A model generated the notes under the pieces. The model did not search any database, had not been told where the DNA came from, and saw only the letters and a list, made by a program, of their open reading frames with translations. A program made the translations under genes and the position numbers. A DNA stretch of 44,570 nucleotides, counting the filler, from Jimgerdemannia flammicorona (lineage: Eukaryota): assembly GCA_003990765.1 (NCBI GenBank). It is 2 parts of 2 records of this genome, joined end to end, with 100 filler letters (N's around TTAATTAATTAA, not from the genome) between each part and the next. Parts side by side here need not be neighbours in the genome. Positions count along the whole stretch, not along the records: positions 22,339 to 44,570 come from RBNJ01001315.1; 1 more part is not named here. One strand, given 5' to 3'. This document shows, piece by piece, positions 22,925 through 35,467 of the stretch; positions within the stretch are counted from its first letter, which is position 1, and the number at the start of each line of letters is the position of its first letter.

Positions 22925-25900
22925 TCCAGCAAGTGTTGTCTTAATAAAGAGACTGCTAAAAAGTTTAAACTTAAGATATAAAGAAATGCAGAAAGAAATA
23001 TTATTATATTTGAAAATAAAACTACTCAGAAACTCTCTAAAATCTGCAAAGATATATCTCTACAACTAGGAGACTATATCATAAAGTAGATCTTCTATAT
23101 TATATATCTTCCAGAATATAATCTTATCCTCAGAAAATCTATATATTGACAAATAAATCAATATAATCTCTCTAGAATATATTAAGTTATAGCTAGAATA
23201 GATTAAGAAGAAAGTGAAACCTAAGTACAATATTATCTCAAAGAAGCTAATCTAAAAACCAGAGCAGTATATTTATATATATACTATTAAGGAGCTACTA
23301 GTAGAAAATGATAATAATGATTTTTCTAAACTATTAAAGAATAAAGATAATGAAGAAAAAAGCTTTCAGGAACTACTTAGTGACTATAAAGATATTTTTC
23401 AAGAATCCCAAAGACTACTACCTACCCAAGTAGTAGAATATAGTATTGAAACTACTCTAGGAGCAGACTCTCTCTACTGAGAAATCTACTGACTAGCTCA
23501 GCTCAAGCTAAAGACTCTTAAGGAATAGCTGGCAGATCTGTCAAACAAAGGTCTCATATATTTATTGAAATTACTATATAATATACTAATCTTCTTTATC
23601 TGTAAAATAGAAGTCTCTGTATATATTGATTACTGAGTACTTAATAAGATATCTATTAAGAATTAATATATATTTTTATGAATTAATAAACTACTCAATC
23701 AAGTATATATATAATATCAAGACCTTTACACTCATCAATCTTATATCTGAATATCATCAAATTTATATTAAGAAAGAAGATATTCCAAAAACAGTATTTT
23801 GAATAAGATTTGAATATTATAAATTCTGTATAATATCTTTTAGACTTATCAATATACCAGTAATCTTTCAGATACTGATAAATGATATATTTTGAAAATA
23901 TCTTAGAGTATTTATTTTAGTATACTTAGATGATATTCTAGTATATAGTATAAGTAGTACTATCTATTAATAATATCTATAGATAGTTTTTAATATACTC
24001 TAAGAATATAAGCTCTCAGTAAAAAGAAAGTCATACTTCTTCAAGAAGGAAATTAAATATCTAGGATATTATCTCAGCAAATAGTATTATTATTGATCTT
24101 AAAAATACTAAAACAATCTACAACTAATCTATTCTGAAGACCCTTAAGTCTCTATAAGAATTTAATAAATTGACTAAATATTACTAAAGATTTATTTAAG
24201 AATTTTCAGCAATTGTCTCTCTATTCATAAGTCTATATAAGAAGAAAACTAATATTGAAAAAGAATAGACAGAAGAATGCACTATAGTAATAAATACTCT
24301 CAAGAGAATACTGACTAATATATCAATCCTGATCAGTCTAAACTCTATAGAACCCTTTACCATTACTATAGATATCTTAAATATTATCATTAGAGCTATA
24401 TTGATCTAATATAAATATTCAGTTATATATATCTGTTTTAGAAGCTGAATGAGTATAAAAAGAACTATATAATATAAGATAAGAAACTTCTTACTGTCAT
24501 CTGATCTCTATAATTATAATGATATTTTCTTCTTAATAAGAAATTTACCTTATAGATAAACTATCAAGCTCTGTGATATATATATTCAGATACAATCAAT
24601 TCTCATAAAAAGATATATATAATAGATGCAGATCTTTATATCCTTTAATATTGAAATTAAGCACATTATTGATATCAAGAATAAAGTAATCAATATACTT
24701 TTTTATAATACTCAGATGGATGACTTCATAGTAATTATATAGCAATATTACTATTAGCCTATTTAAAGAAGTTAAAAAGAAGTATATCAAGGATATTAAT
24801 ATATTAAGAATATTTCTGTTCAAAATAAATATATATATCTTAGCAATATAAGAATTTAAGTTTCTGACATCTCTATCTACCTACAAATTCTATAAGAATT
24901 ATATAATATACTAATAGTCAGTTACTAATATATATATTATCTGAGATTTCTACTGATCCAAGATGATAGTTGATATTAAGAACTATATTGTATCCTGTGA
25001 TATTTATCTATTAATTCTTAATATTTTTTTTTATAGATAAATAATTTCAAATATTTATATATATAAAGAGATAGATAAATAATCAGAGACTTTTCTCTAC
25101 TACTATATCAGTTATATGTAAGATCTGACAGACAACTGACTAATTTCTCTTTTTCTAACTTACAACCTTCTCTATCTTGATATAGTTTACTATATCTATT
25201 ATAAGATAGTAGGAGGAAGACAATAGTGATGAGTTATCTCTTTATCAGTATCAGATTAATGCCTTCTCCTCTTTTTGTCAGTTTCTGATACTGCTGACTA
25301 TATCTGATATATATCTATTTTGATATAGTACCTTCTTTCTTTTATTATCATTAATAAGATATTATCTTGATATATTATAGACTATATAGAGAGTCAGCTA
25401 ACCTTAGATATATATCAAGTATCAGTAAAGATTTCAGCAGGTCTTTGGTATCTATAACAAGCTCTCTAAGTTTTGATAAGCTTTCTGATAAGTATAGTTC
25501 TAGTATAGATGACTGCTTTTCAGATAAAGTCATAATGAGAGAGAAGATAATCATCACAGATAAGAGAAAGAATGATTACAGTAAACTAGTCAGATATTAA
25601 ACTAGTAATAATTATTAGAGTTATTATAAGTATTATCTTGATGGGGCCTTCTGGGTGACTAATAAATAGTAGGCTAGTATAGTGACCAATAACTTAGCTA
25701 TATTTAACTGAAACTAGAAGCTAATATATTAATATAATTAAGATCTATAGACTTGAGAAGTGAGCTCTTCCTTTTTAATAGTACTTAACTAGAACTGAGA
25801 GCTGATATAAAAATATAATTAAGGCTTACAGACTTAGAGAGAGAGAGTGGTGATCTTGGCTCTTAGTTCTTATATTAGTCTTTTTTATTAGACTTATATA

Positions 25901-26282
25901 TAAGTCCTTTTCTCATCTACTATAGATTCTTCCTATTATTTATTAATTACTGAGGGGTTTTGGTTTCTTTGTCTTTAGCTTTGTTTGGGATCAGAGAGAG
26001 TTATATAGTTCAGTTCTGGTATCATTAAATCCAGTATGTAGATGTGCTCTTCTAGTTTACACTAGTAATCTAGCCCTGGTAATCTTCAAAGTCTGGTCTA
26101 TATATTGTTGAGATGAGGATTTTTAAAACATTACTTTTGTATAGCTGGGATAGTAGGACTGCTGGTTCTCTATATAGTTTAAGGACAATAGAGAGGAGTA
26201 GTACTTAGGGTGAGGGTGGGAGAGAGGTTTGGCCTATGTAATCTAGGTTTTCTTCCAATAAAATTTTGCAAGACATTGAGTC

Positions 26283-26321
<39 letters not shown>

Positions 26322-26380
26322 TAGATAAATAATTCTAAAATATATTCTCCAATTGCTGAAATATATTACAATACATTATA
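22925..26380 (+). mobile_element. Highly decayed Ty3/Gypsy pol region (RT, RNase H, part of integrase), interrupted by retroposon B copy 2
   Basis: VYLDDILVYS (YLDD 23923-23934), EDIPKTVF (~23775-23800), IKYLG (~24052-24066), decayed RNase H start near 24360-24400. Extremely AT-rich. Boundaries approximate. Confidence 0.85.
25084..26319 (+). mobile_element. Poly(A) retroposon family B, copy 2
   Basis: Same 3' end aagacattgagtctgtt-poly(A). Perfect 14-bp TSD gatagataaataat at 25070-25083 and 26320-26333. Internal ~85-bp duplication at ~25697-25845. Confidence 0.88.
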
Positions 26381-26382
26381 GA

Positions 26383-26600
26383 TCAGATTTGGGGCTCAGG
26401 TTTGGGGTCAGGTTTGGGGTCAGATTTCAGGTCAGGTTTTGGGTCAGATTGGTTTTTGAGTTAGGAATGCTGCTGGTTTGACCACTTTCTGGGTCAGGTA
26501 TATATGGTGCTAGCTTGGCCATTTTCCAGGTTGGGTATGTTTCCAGGTTGGGTATGTTGCCAGCTTGGCTATTTTCCAGGTCAGGTTTCGGGTTCATCTG
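26383..26600. repeat. 12-bp tandem repeat (GGTCAGGTTTGG) and related units at the nest/island boundary
   Basis: About six units at 26383-26452, plus a duplicated ttccaggttgggtatgtt at 26524-26558. Possibly the subterminal array of a DNA transposon end. Confidence 0.7.
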
Positions 26601-28103
26601 GTCGCGTTTGTGGAACTCTAGTCCGACTGCGGTATCAATTATGCTGGACTAAGTTGTGTGACTTGTTCGTATACGCCGACCAGATACTGACATAGCGAGA
26701 TCGGTGATGGTCTAGGCCCGCCATTATCTTACACGCTCAGAAATCAAGGACTGCACTGAGCCGTCCTCACAATTTCACACTATTCTCTAGCCTTGCCCAC
26801 TTCCTCCAATTTCTTCACTGCGATCCATGCATCGAATATATACATATCCTACATTCTTCGCAATATTGCGTTTTGGAAAGAGAACTTGCACGTGAAATCC
26901 TCGAGCCAACGCCACCTTCTCAAATACGACGTCATCATCCCTTCTTAACCAATGTGATGTCCAATAATTTCCCTGGTTTGATTGACCTTTTTGGTCTAGA
27001 TCGCACCAGAGGTACAGCGCAGTGCATGACAAGATGCGCAAAGAAAGGCAAGGCGGCGAGCGAAGCGAGAACACCGAAGCGAAGCGGAAGTATCCTGGCC
27101 TTATCAATTATACTGTATGGCTACAGAAACGAGATTGATAGACCTGAAAAGATCTCTAAAATGAACCAGCGCAACTCCGGACGTTCACAGGATGTCGAAA
27201 AAAAAAAGCACCGCGCTGCCCGAAAAAGGTGTCAACCAATCCCAATCTTTGAGCGACGAACGTGATCGTGATGGTGACACCCGTGGTGGTGACGCCGGAA
27301 AATGCACTTGACTGCCGTGTTGGTGAGGCAACCGGCTGAGTCGATGCACCTGATTATGTTGACCGATGCGAAATGTGTGACGTCGTAGTTCAAGCTCCTG
27401 TGCATGACAAGAAAAGGTAACAATTAGCGAATGACGATTATGAATGACGATTATCTAATTTCGCAGGAGATTGTAGACGATAACGCTGAATTCGGTTGCT
27501 GTGTTATGTTCCGGGTCGCGGGGCCCGCTATTTTCCAGTTGAGTAACGGTGGCCGACTTCTTCTGTGACTGGTTCGGGTTTTCTGTTATTTATTCAATCG
27601 TATTTAATTTCAGTGCGCGCGCATGACATCTAAATGCAGAATTCCATTTTCGTGACAGCTAATGCTTGAGGTATGAACGATAATGACGACGAATAACCAC
27701 AGAACAGCGCTGGACGACGACTAGGTGCAGAACGATGAGCGACAACGAAGTACAGAACAATGAACTACGATTGCAGAACGATGAACAGTAGAATGGCAGC
27801 TAATCTGAAATACGAAGTCGACAAACTGAACGACCATGCAGATGACGAAATTCAATTCCCAACCGGCCCTACAGCGAATATCCATGACTCATTATTTGGC
27901 TTGCATGCGGACGATCTCATCCTGGTCGTCCCATAAACAAATTCTGTTTTACATTTCGGTATACTATTCTAAGAATTTTTTTTCCCAAGCCACCACCCAG
28001 GCGATCACAGGGCGATCAATCTCGGCTAGTATGACATTTCGGAAGCTATGTGTGCTTCGGCGAACATAACTGAGAATAACGAGAGAGGGCCGTAAATCGT
28101 TAG

Positions 28104-28471
28104 CGACCGCGTCAGTCTCGCAGTGAGCATTCTTTGTGATGAATGTGGGTACCCATTATCAGATCGCGGCTCAGCCCATGGAGGCATGTTAGCGGGATCG
28201 GTAACCGACCGCGTCAGGTTCGCAGTGAGCATCCTTTGTGGATATTTCATTATCAGATGCCTCAAGCTTAGGAAATTGATCGTGACTCAGCCCCTGGAGA
28301 ATGTTTGCGGAATCGGTAACCGACCGCGTCAGCCTCGCAGTGAGCATCCTTTGTGCATGAAAGTGAGGATATATCTATTATCAGATGCCTCAAGCCTAAG
28401 AAATCGATCGTGGTTCAGCCCCTGGAGGCTTGTTAGCGGAATCGGTAACAGTATCCTTTGTGCATGAAAGT
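28104..28471. repeat. CpG-rich tandem repeat, three units of 102, 115 and 129 bp plus a partial fourth
   Basis: CGACCGCGTCAG..TCGCAGTGAGCAT.CTTTGTG starts at 28104, 28206 and 28321; each unit ends ATCGGTAAC. Confidence 0.92.
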
Positions 28472-29420
28472 TTCTAATATTTCGAGTCACGCTGCAGGGG
28501 AGGGAGCTTGTAAAATGGTGGCGGGCGTGGGAATGGACAAAATGACAAATTTAGACTTTTGATTACGACAAGGTCTTTTCATACAAGTGTTCTGTATATT
28601 CTCCTGAAATCTCCGCCAACACGTCTACTTTGAGCCGCCACAATCCGTCGACTTATAGGTGGTTGAAATATTGAACGAAAGCCAATGTTCATTTTGTGAG
28701 GGCAAGGAAACGACCCTCTGGCCTCATCGTTCGCTTGATGATCAACACTAATTAGTCAAAACCTTTTGTGACCGAGTACATATGTCACATCATTTTTGTC
28801 CAGCGGAACTTCCTTAATTATCGCATTCCATCAATAAACATGGAACGGAACGGAGGCTTCCCGTTGCTATGTCCTTAAAAATAGCCAGTCATTGATAGTT
28901 GTAGAACGCACGTTCTGATCTTAGGATTTTCATCGATTAGAAAATTACGTTTCGCTCCTGATTTCCTGTAAAGAGTTTCCGATGTCAAACCGTTATAACA
29001 CCGACCAGCGTGACAAGGTTGCCCGGAATTCATAACGGTACGTGTCTTGAGCATGTGATGTTTTTTGGGCGGAGGCACCTCGGGCGATATTGTTTCTGGT
29101 TTAAGATTTCGGATCAACAGGAGGTGCTCGAATCGTCCCGATCCTACATTGGTTTCGGCGTATTAAAAAAAAAAAAAAAAAGAAAATGGGGAACAACCTG
29201 TGGTCAAGGAGACAAAAATAGACTTGTCGTCAGGGTTAAGGAGACATGAAATAGACCTGTCGTCAAGGAGACATGTCATTATCACGAACGCCAACAGGGG
29301 TTGAATGACGAACTACATAGGATGCTCCTATCGATGACGTGATAAACGGCCCTTGGTAAACGATAAAAAGGCCATGCTCTGCCCATTTCGTTCCAACATT
29401 CCAACATCTCACTAAACAAG

Positions 29421-31707
29421 ATGTCAAACAACACCAACACCCCCGCCGACCCCCCCCCCCCACCATTCATCGACCAGATCTATGACCAGCTCAAGCAAGT
29501 CTTCGGCGGAATCGCGGAAGACCAGCTGTTTGTGATGGAGTTTCCGGGCCGCCCGCTCGCCCAGGGCACGTACCAGTACCCCGGCGCGGGGACCGTCGAC
29601 GGCGAAACACTCAGGCCTACATCGGTTGCGCAAGAGGAATTCTTACTGGCCGACGGCATCATCCCATTGGGCGACATCGTTGGTGGGCCGACGGGTGAGA
29701 AGCTCTCGGAGACGTGGCAGTACATCATCAACAATCTGATTCCCATCCCTGAAAGCAACGGCACGCTGCAGGCCGCGCAGGACGCGGCGCGCCTGTGGCT
29801 TAACGACTTGGTGGATTTCCAAGGTGGGAAGGTGAAACGCATCGACGTTTATCACACGCTCAACCAGGCCTACGACAATGCACTGAAGGCGTTTAATGAA
29901 CTTGTCGAAAGTAAGAAGCCCAAGCCGGGGGCCCCTGCCAGCGACTTCGAAACATTTAACGAGTGGTACGTAAACCAGCAGCCCGCTAAAGACGATATCG
30001 AGGACCTGCATAGCCAGCTGCTCGCGCAGGTGGACGTCTCCGGCGTCAAAGCGAGAATCACCATCCTGGATACTAAGGCCGCAGACGGCATTCTCGAAGA
30101 TGCCAGGGTGACTCTCCGTGATTCAGAGAAGCTGGCGCTCAGCGGAAGCGGGAAGGTCTACCCTGTTGATTTCACGCCCCGAGATTGGGTGAGCATGGCA
30201 ATATTTTGGAGTTACGTATATACATATATGTGTTTTACTGAGCGTTATTAACAATATTTTCAAACTAATATGGCTTCGCAGGCAAAAGGTCTGAGCACAA
30301 ACTTCTTACCCGAAGACTTGACTCAAGACCCTGATAGTCTCGAGCAGCAAAAGTTGTCCCTCGAAAGCTCACGCGACAACTTGCTGGAAACGAGACGGCT
30401 GCTGGTCGATTCACAGACTGGCAACATCACGAAGCTCCAAGCCGACAAGGACGCCGCCGAGACAGCGTACCAGAATGCCCAGAGCGCCTTGATCTCGCAA
30501 TACACAGATGCGGTCGCCGATATTGCCAAGATCTACCTCAAGAAAAAGTACCCCAACGACAACATTCCCGATAACGCCAAAGCCAGCGATGATTTTACGG
30601 CCATAAAAAATGATGTCAACAGCGAAGTCACCACCAAGTTGGGCAAACCCCCCCTGAGCGACGATGACATTAACAAGCTTGTCAAGTTGCAGAAGGCAAC
30701 TATCTTAGCTCAGCAGAATTTGACGACCACCTCCAAGAACCTGGTACTCCTACAGGAGGCCTTGGCCAATGCCCAGTCAACCGATGCGAAACAGTCGTTG
30801 GCAGTCCTTGACGGCCAGATCAAATCGCTTACTACGCAGATCAACACCATTGACAACTCCATAAACCGCGTTCTCAACCATCCTGTGCGTGTGTTGCCGG
30901 ATGGAACTTCTCCACCGGTCCAACTCATTCCACCGAGTAGGACATCGGTGAGTTATTTCCAAGATGTCATTATAAAATCGACTGCCAACAGCCAGTCCCA
31001 CAGCTCAAGCTTGATGTCGGGCGCGAGCCATACATCGTGGAGTGTCGATTTGATCTTCGGTTCTGCTAGCGGGAATAGCGACAGCCAGTACTCCAATTTC
31101 AACAATACTGTAAAGGCTAAAAATACAAGTATTAACATCGGATTCAAGGTACGAGTAGTGAGCTACTATTTTCAATGAAAATGCGGTGTATTCACGAGAA
31201 ATTAATATTAATCGGATGCACTTTCACAACTATATATCCCAGGCTATGAAAGTTGTCATGGACCGCCCATGGTTCGAACCCACCCTGTTCCAACTGACCT
31301 CCGGTATGAGCCGTGTCTCCCCCGGCCCACTAATCTCGACCGGTCCGCCCACTCGTCCGGATCCCTTCAACGGGGGGACGTGGAACAAAAACCTGAGTGA
31401 TACGCAGAAGGCGTCGCTCCTTCCGGCCTATACAATCGCTTTCATCGTCGCGAAGGATATCACGATCCATATTCAATGCGAGGAGAGCGTCGCGAATGAA
31501 ATGCACAACGTTCTCAGTAAGAGCAACACTATCGGCGGTGGCGTGTTTTGTTTCTCCGCGTCGCATAGTGACGCCTCGTCCAGCGATACTCAGAGCTTTG
31601 GCTCTCAGGCGTCCTCCCAAGGGTTGATCCTACGCATCACCTCTCCCCAGATCATCGGGTGGTACTTGCAGTGCGTGCCTAAGGATGAGAGTCAGAGACT
31701 TCAATAA
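29421..31707 (+). CDS. Uncharacterised 699-aa leaderless protein: N-terminal domain, long coiled-coil hairpin, C-terminal putative beta-pore-forming-like domain
   Basis: Exons 29421-30188, 30282-31148 and 31243-31707, joined by phase-0 GT-AG introns of 93 and 94 nt (CTAAT branch at 30265). No stops, GC-rich coding bias. The gene model is strong; the function is inference. Confidence 0.9.
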
Positions 31708-33066
31708 GTTGTAGGGCAGTCGGGTATCCAATATGTCATACAGTAGTATTTTGATACCTCTTGATCGACGTAGTTTATTTTCGATTCCTTACTTCATTCG
31801 AATTCCAAAAGGGTGCAATGCATAAATATGTCGGGCTATCGCCGCTTTGTTGGGAACCAAGTTGAATAAAAAGACTGATATTCAGTTCATGACTTTCTGT
31901 TGACGGCAAATTGTAAAACACGTGCTTTGAATTCACATGTCCCTCGTTCTCTGATCGATAGCCAAGGGCGATCTTTGGATTTTCCTCGCTGACATAAAGT
32001 TTATTGGACATAAACTGGCATGCACCTATCGCCAGAAGATTTGAAATTTCTCAAACGCACAAGTGGCGTGACGAGGAGCGGCGACAGAGCTCATCAGGTA
32101 GCATGTTACAAAGAGTGTCAGCTTGGGCTCCGGCGATATTGGATATCGCAGCAAAATGCCTCTTCGACAATAATATCGAAACAGCTTCTGTGCAGGTGGG
32201 CATTTGAAATTCTCTTCATATTTCTTGGAAATTCGGTAAAGCTGAATGGCGCCGCAAAGACCGGTAGCACTGATGTCGACGCTATATTTGGTAGGGAGTT
32301 GGACAATGTGTGCTTAAAGTCGTGGAATGTCGGACGCGACCAGGGAGGGTGATGGGATATAGTTCGCGTCGGTAGTTGAACAATTTGCGGCGTACTTGAA
32401 TTTTTTCAGTCGTGCATCGATACTCTCCACAAAAGAGGCCTGTTGGATATAACTATGTACGTGGAGTACGTCAGAAATTCATCGCGTATGTACAAACAGA
32501 AACGTCACATTATCCGAACAATTATATAGTGATTTTCTACACGTCATCAGAAATAGGGCTTAAAAACAAAAAGTTCATAAGCAAGCATCCGTATGAATAT
32601 TAATTTAGCTATTATTGTCATAGTGCTCTCATCGGGCCAAAATTGAAAGTGTTTTCCCGCGAGGTGGAGGGCTGGCGCTACCAGTATTTCAACGCTCCGA
32701 AAGAGCATATCCATCCATATAATTACAGCTATTATCATCGCCATCATCGCCATCGCCGCCTTCCACGAAGAACATGTCTTCCACAGTACCAGAGAAGCCA
32801 GCAGTTATCGAGAATCAATATGACACAGTCACGAATTCGCGGTCGATTGCGTCACGCGACACGAGCGGTCACGCTACAGTGACGGACACAAATTTTAAAA
32901 CCAAATGTGGCTGCGATACAATCTAAGGGACTAAAAAAAGTTATTCGATTTGAAGTTTTAACTTGTTCGAATACGTATAGTTATCCTATGTCACATGTCC
33001 CGTCGCTTGACTTTTGTTTTAACACCGCGCCACGATTCGGAAGTATTTCGTCCCACTTTTATAAAC

Positions 33067-33873
33067 ATGGTCGAGCAATCCAATAGCGGTCTTAGTCTCA
33101 GGGACAACATTGCCTCCATCTGGAAGGACTCAACCTACCACGATGTGACCATCGCCTGCGCTGATGGTGCCGAGCTTGGTGCGTGCCGTGCTGTACTGGC
33201 TTCAAGGTTAGTCCGATTTCGATTCTCTTACACAGTTTAGTTGTATTCCTTATTTTTCTGCATGCCTGATTTCATATGGTCTCTTAATTGGTGTCCAATA
33301 TTCAAGGCGATGCTGTATGGAAACAGGCGAGAGGGTTCCTGTCTTCTCGTTGCCCTCAACGACATCACTCAACATCGTCCTCGGCTTCATTTACACCGAA
33401 AAATTGACAACACGGCCCACATTTCCGTCGCAGTAGGGATATACCATGCAGCGAGCTTTCTCCTCATCCCCAAGCTCATGATGATGGTGCTGTAACGTGC
33501 ACACAATCTCGCTGATTTTGGTGTCGCCTCATCGCTTCTCAACGAAGCCGCTGCCGCCATCCTGTGGAGCGAAGCCAACAAGGACCTCTACGACGTACTT
33601 CTCAACCCCTTCCGCGCTCACAGGCTCGTGGTCTACAGGGACCAGTATAATGATACATTTGATCAAACAGGCCAATACAAATATGGCAAATATATTGAAA
33701 ATGGTGATGTAATAACCTTTCATTTAAACCTCAATTATCATACCTGTGCCCTTTTGATCAATGGATTAAATTACAGGACAGCCTGGAGCAATCTCCCTGA
33801 CAATATGTGCCCTGCTGTGACCTTATATGAACAATGCAAGTATCGGATAAAAAATTATCAAGCTGAATGGTGA
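33067..33873 (+). pseudogene. BTB/POZ-SPRY pseudogene, inverted paralog of 35468-36987
   Basis: MVEQSNSGLSLRDNIASIWKDSTYHDVTIACADG...RAVLASR with the same intron position (donor 33207). Acceptor reads TG not AG (33289-33290); frameshift near 33365; stop at 33493-33495; large internal deletion near 33640 joining to the SPRY C-terminus GDVITFHL...PAVTL. Confidence 0.9.
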
Positions 33874-35467
33874 GGTGGATGATCTATCTATTCTTAGCTT
33901 TGCAATATAAATGCCATTATTTAATTAGTACAGTTGTATCATCCTAACGTTTTCATGAATTTTTTTTATTTTCGACCCATGTCTTAACTCTAAGTTATAT
34001 TCTCCTTAGATAGTACTCTATCATGATTGAATATTAACACAATAAATTTTTCTGTTTTGTCAAAGAATGACATTTGAGCTCTGGCCTCCGATATCATATT
34101 GTACCTTGGCCTAGCATGAAGGACGTTGAACTCCCATCTTGTAATTCTATATAGTTCAAAACATCCTAACCCCATAATTATCGAGAGGGCTGGACATCTA
34201 CCCAAGATTAGTATCTCCGACGAGCGTTTGGATGGTTGAGAATATATGGTTGGTTCCATTTGTGGCACTAGAAATCAACTATAAGAAAAAAGTACAAAAG
34301 ATACACATGTGTCTAATCATTAATTTATAGGGAATAAAGGCAGGAGCACAAATTCCTAATTTGTTTAATTAATATCATCGAATTTTATTTCGAACAGCCT
34401 GGTCTTAGCCATGCATAAGTGATACCATAGCTCCTCATTCTCCGGTTCGTATTCTGTTTCGCTCAGGGGTGACATCATTTGACAATGTCTCAAGCGATTA
34501 TATCAAAGGAATAAAGATTGCTTACCCATCAACCAATGTAATTGGAATGCGCAACGGTGGGCAGACCGATATTAAATCAGAGATACTTCCGGCACTGTTG
34601 AATATTTTCGCCTTCTAACATCAAAATCATGTGGGCTCACATTGTTTCGTGCTTAGTAAATAAGCGATCGCGATGGCTTGAGAGGCTCGAATGTCGAGAG
34701 TATGGTTGTGATGGTTTGAGCGTGTCGGCATGAGCGTTGTCATAAAATGCCTTTTAGTGTGCGAGTGAAGGAAAAGGAACAAAATTGACAAGGACGAAAA
34801 ACGGCGATAGTAAAATCGAGAATGACGTTGAACTTAGTAGACAAACATACAAACACACTAACAAATATGTCAATAATAATCACAATAAAACGGTGTTGCT
34901 TCTATTTCGAGGTCCATTACTACGCAGATTGCTTTCTGAATTTTACTCGGTTGGAAGAAATAGGACAGAAATAAAAAAAAATAAAAAAAAACTAACGGCG
35001 TCTTGGAATCGCGTTTTAGCTTGCTTTCAACCAGGCTTCTGTTCCCAGTTCTGAGATAAGCGAGGAGTACGTGAATATGTTAGATCACCTTTGATATTTT
35101 TGGAGGGAAGGTTATATAAAGTTATATATAAAGATCCGGCCCTTGTGGCCGAGATTTAATTGATAGTAATTGACAATATTACCAATGAATATAAAAATTG
35201 AAACTTGGACAAGGATTCTTGTTCGTGTAATTATCCAAGAGTTTAGTGCTTCGCCTGGCAGAACGTCTCTGTTTTCTTTAGGTATTATCACCAATGACCA
35301 AAATTCGAAAGTTTTAAAGTACTAAATTGAGAGCACAAAAAGAGACCCCTTTTATATTGAAAGATAAGAACATATACATGTATATATATCAGTGCAATAT
35401 ACAGATGTCAATCAGTTAATAAAAGAATGAAGAGAGATTTTATTCAATAAGTGAAAGAGAGACAAAA

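Noticed and set aside
26383..26452. Interstitial telomere-like TTTGGGG units
   Set aside because: The period is 12 bp with an intervening TCAG, so it is not a simple telomeric array.
26787..27423. Short ORFs, including a faint LRR-like CLTNTAVKCIF behind a possible acceptor near 27399 (minus)
   Set aside because: No consistent multi-exon model or recognisable domain; at most a gene relic.
27660..27845. Short (G/A)CAGAAC(G/A)ATGA repeats
   Set aside because: Three imperfect copies in low-complexity sequence, with no function supportable.
28104..28471. CRISPR-like array
   Set aside because: Inter-repeat segments are homologous to each other, there are no cas genes, and the context is eukaryotic.
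31775..32882. Several 62-110 aa ORFs between the two genes
   Set aside because: No domain, splice model or coding bias that I could support.
33990..34620. Possible minus-strand exon relics (e.g. SETEYEPENEELWYHLCM)
   Set aside because: Interrupted by stops and could not be assembled or assigned.
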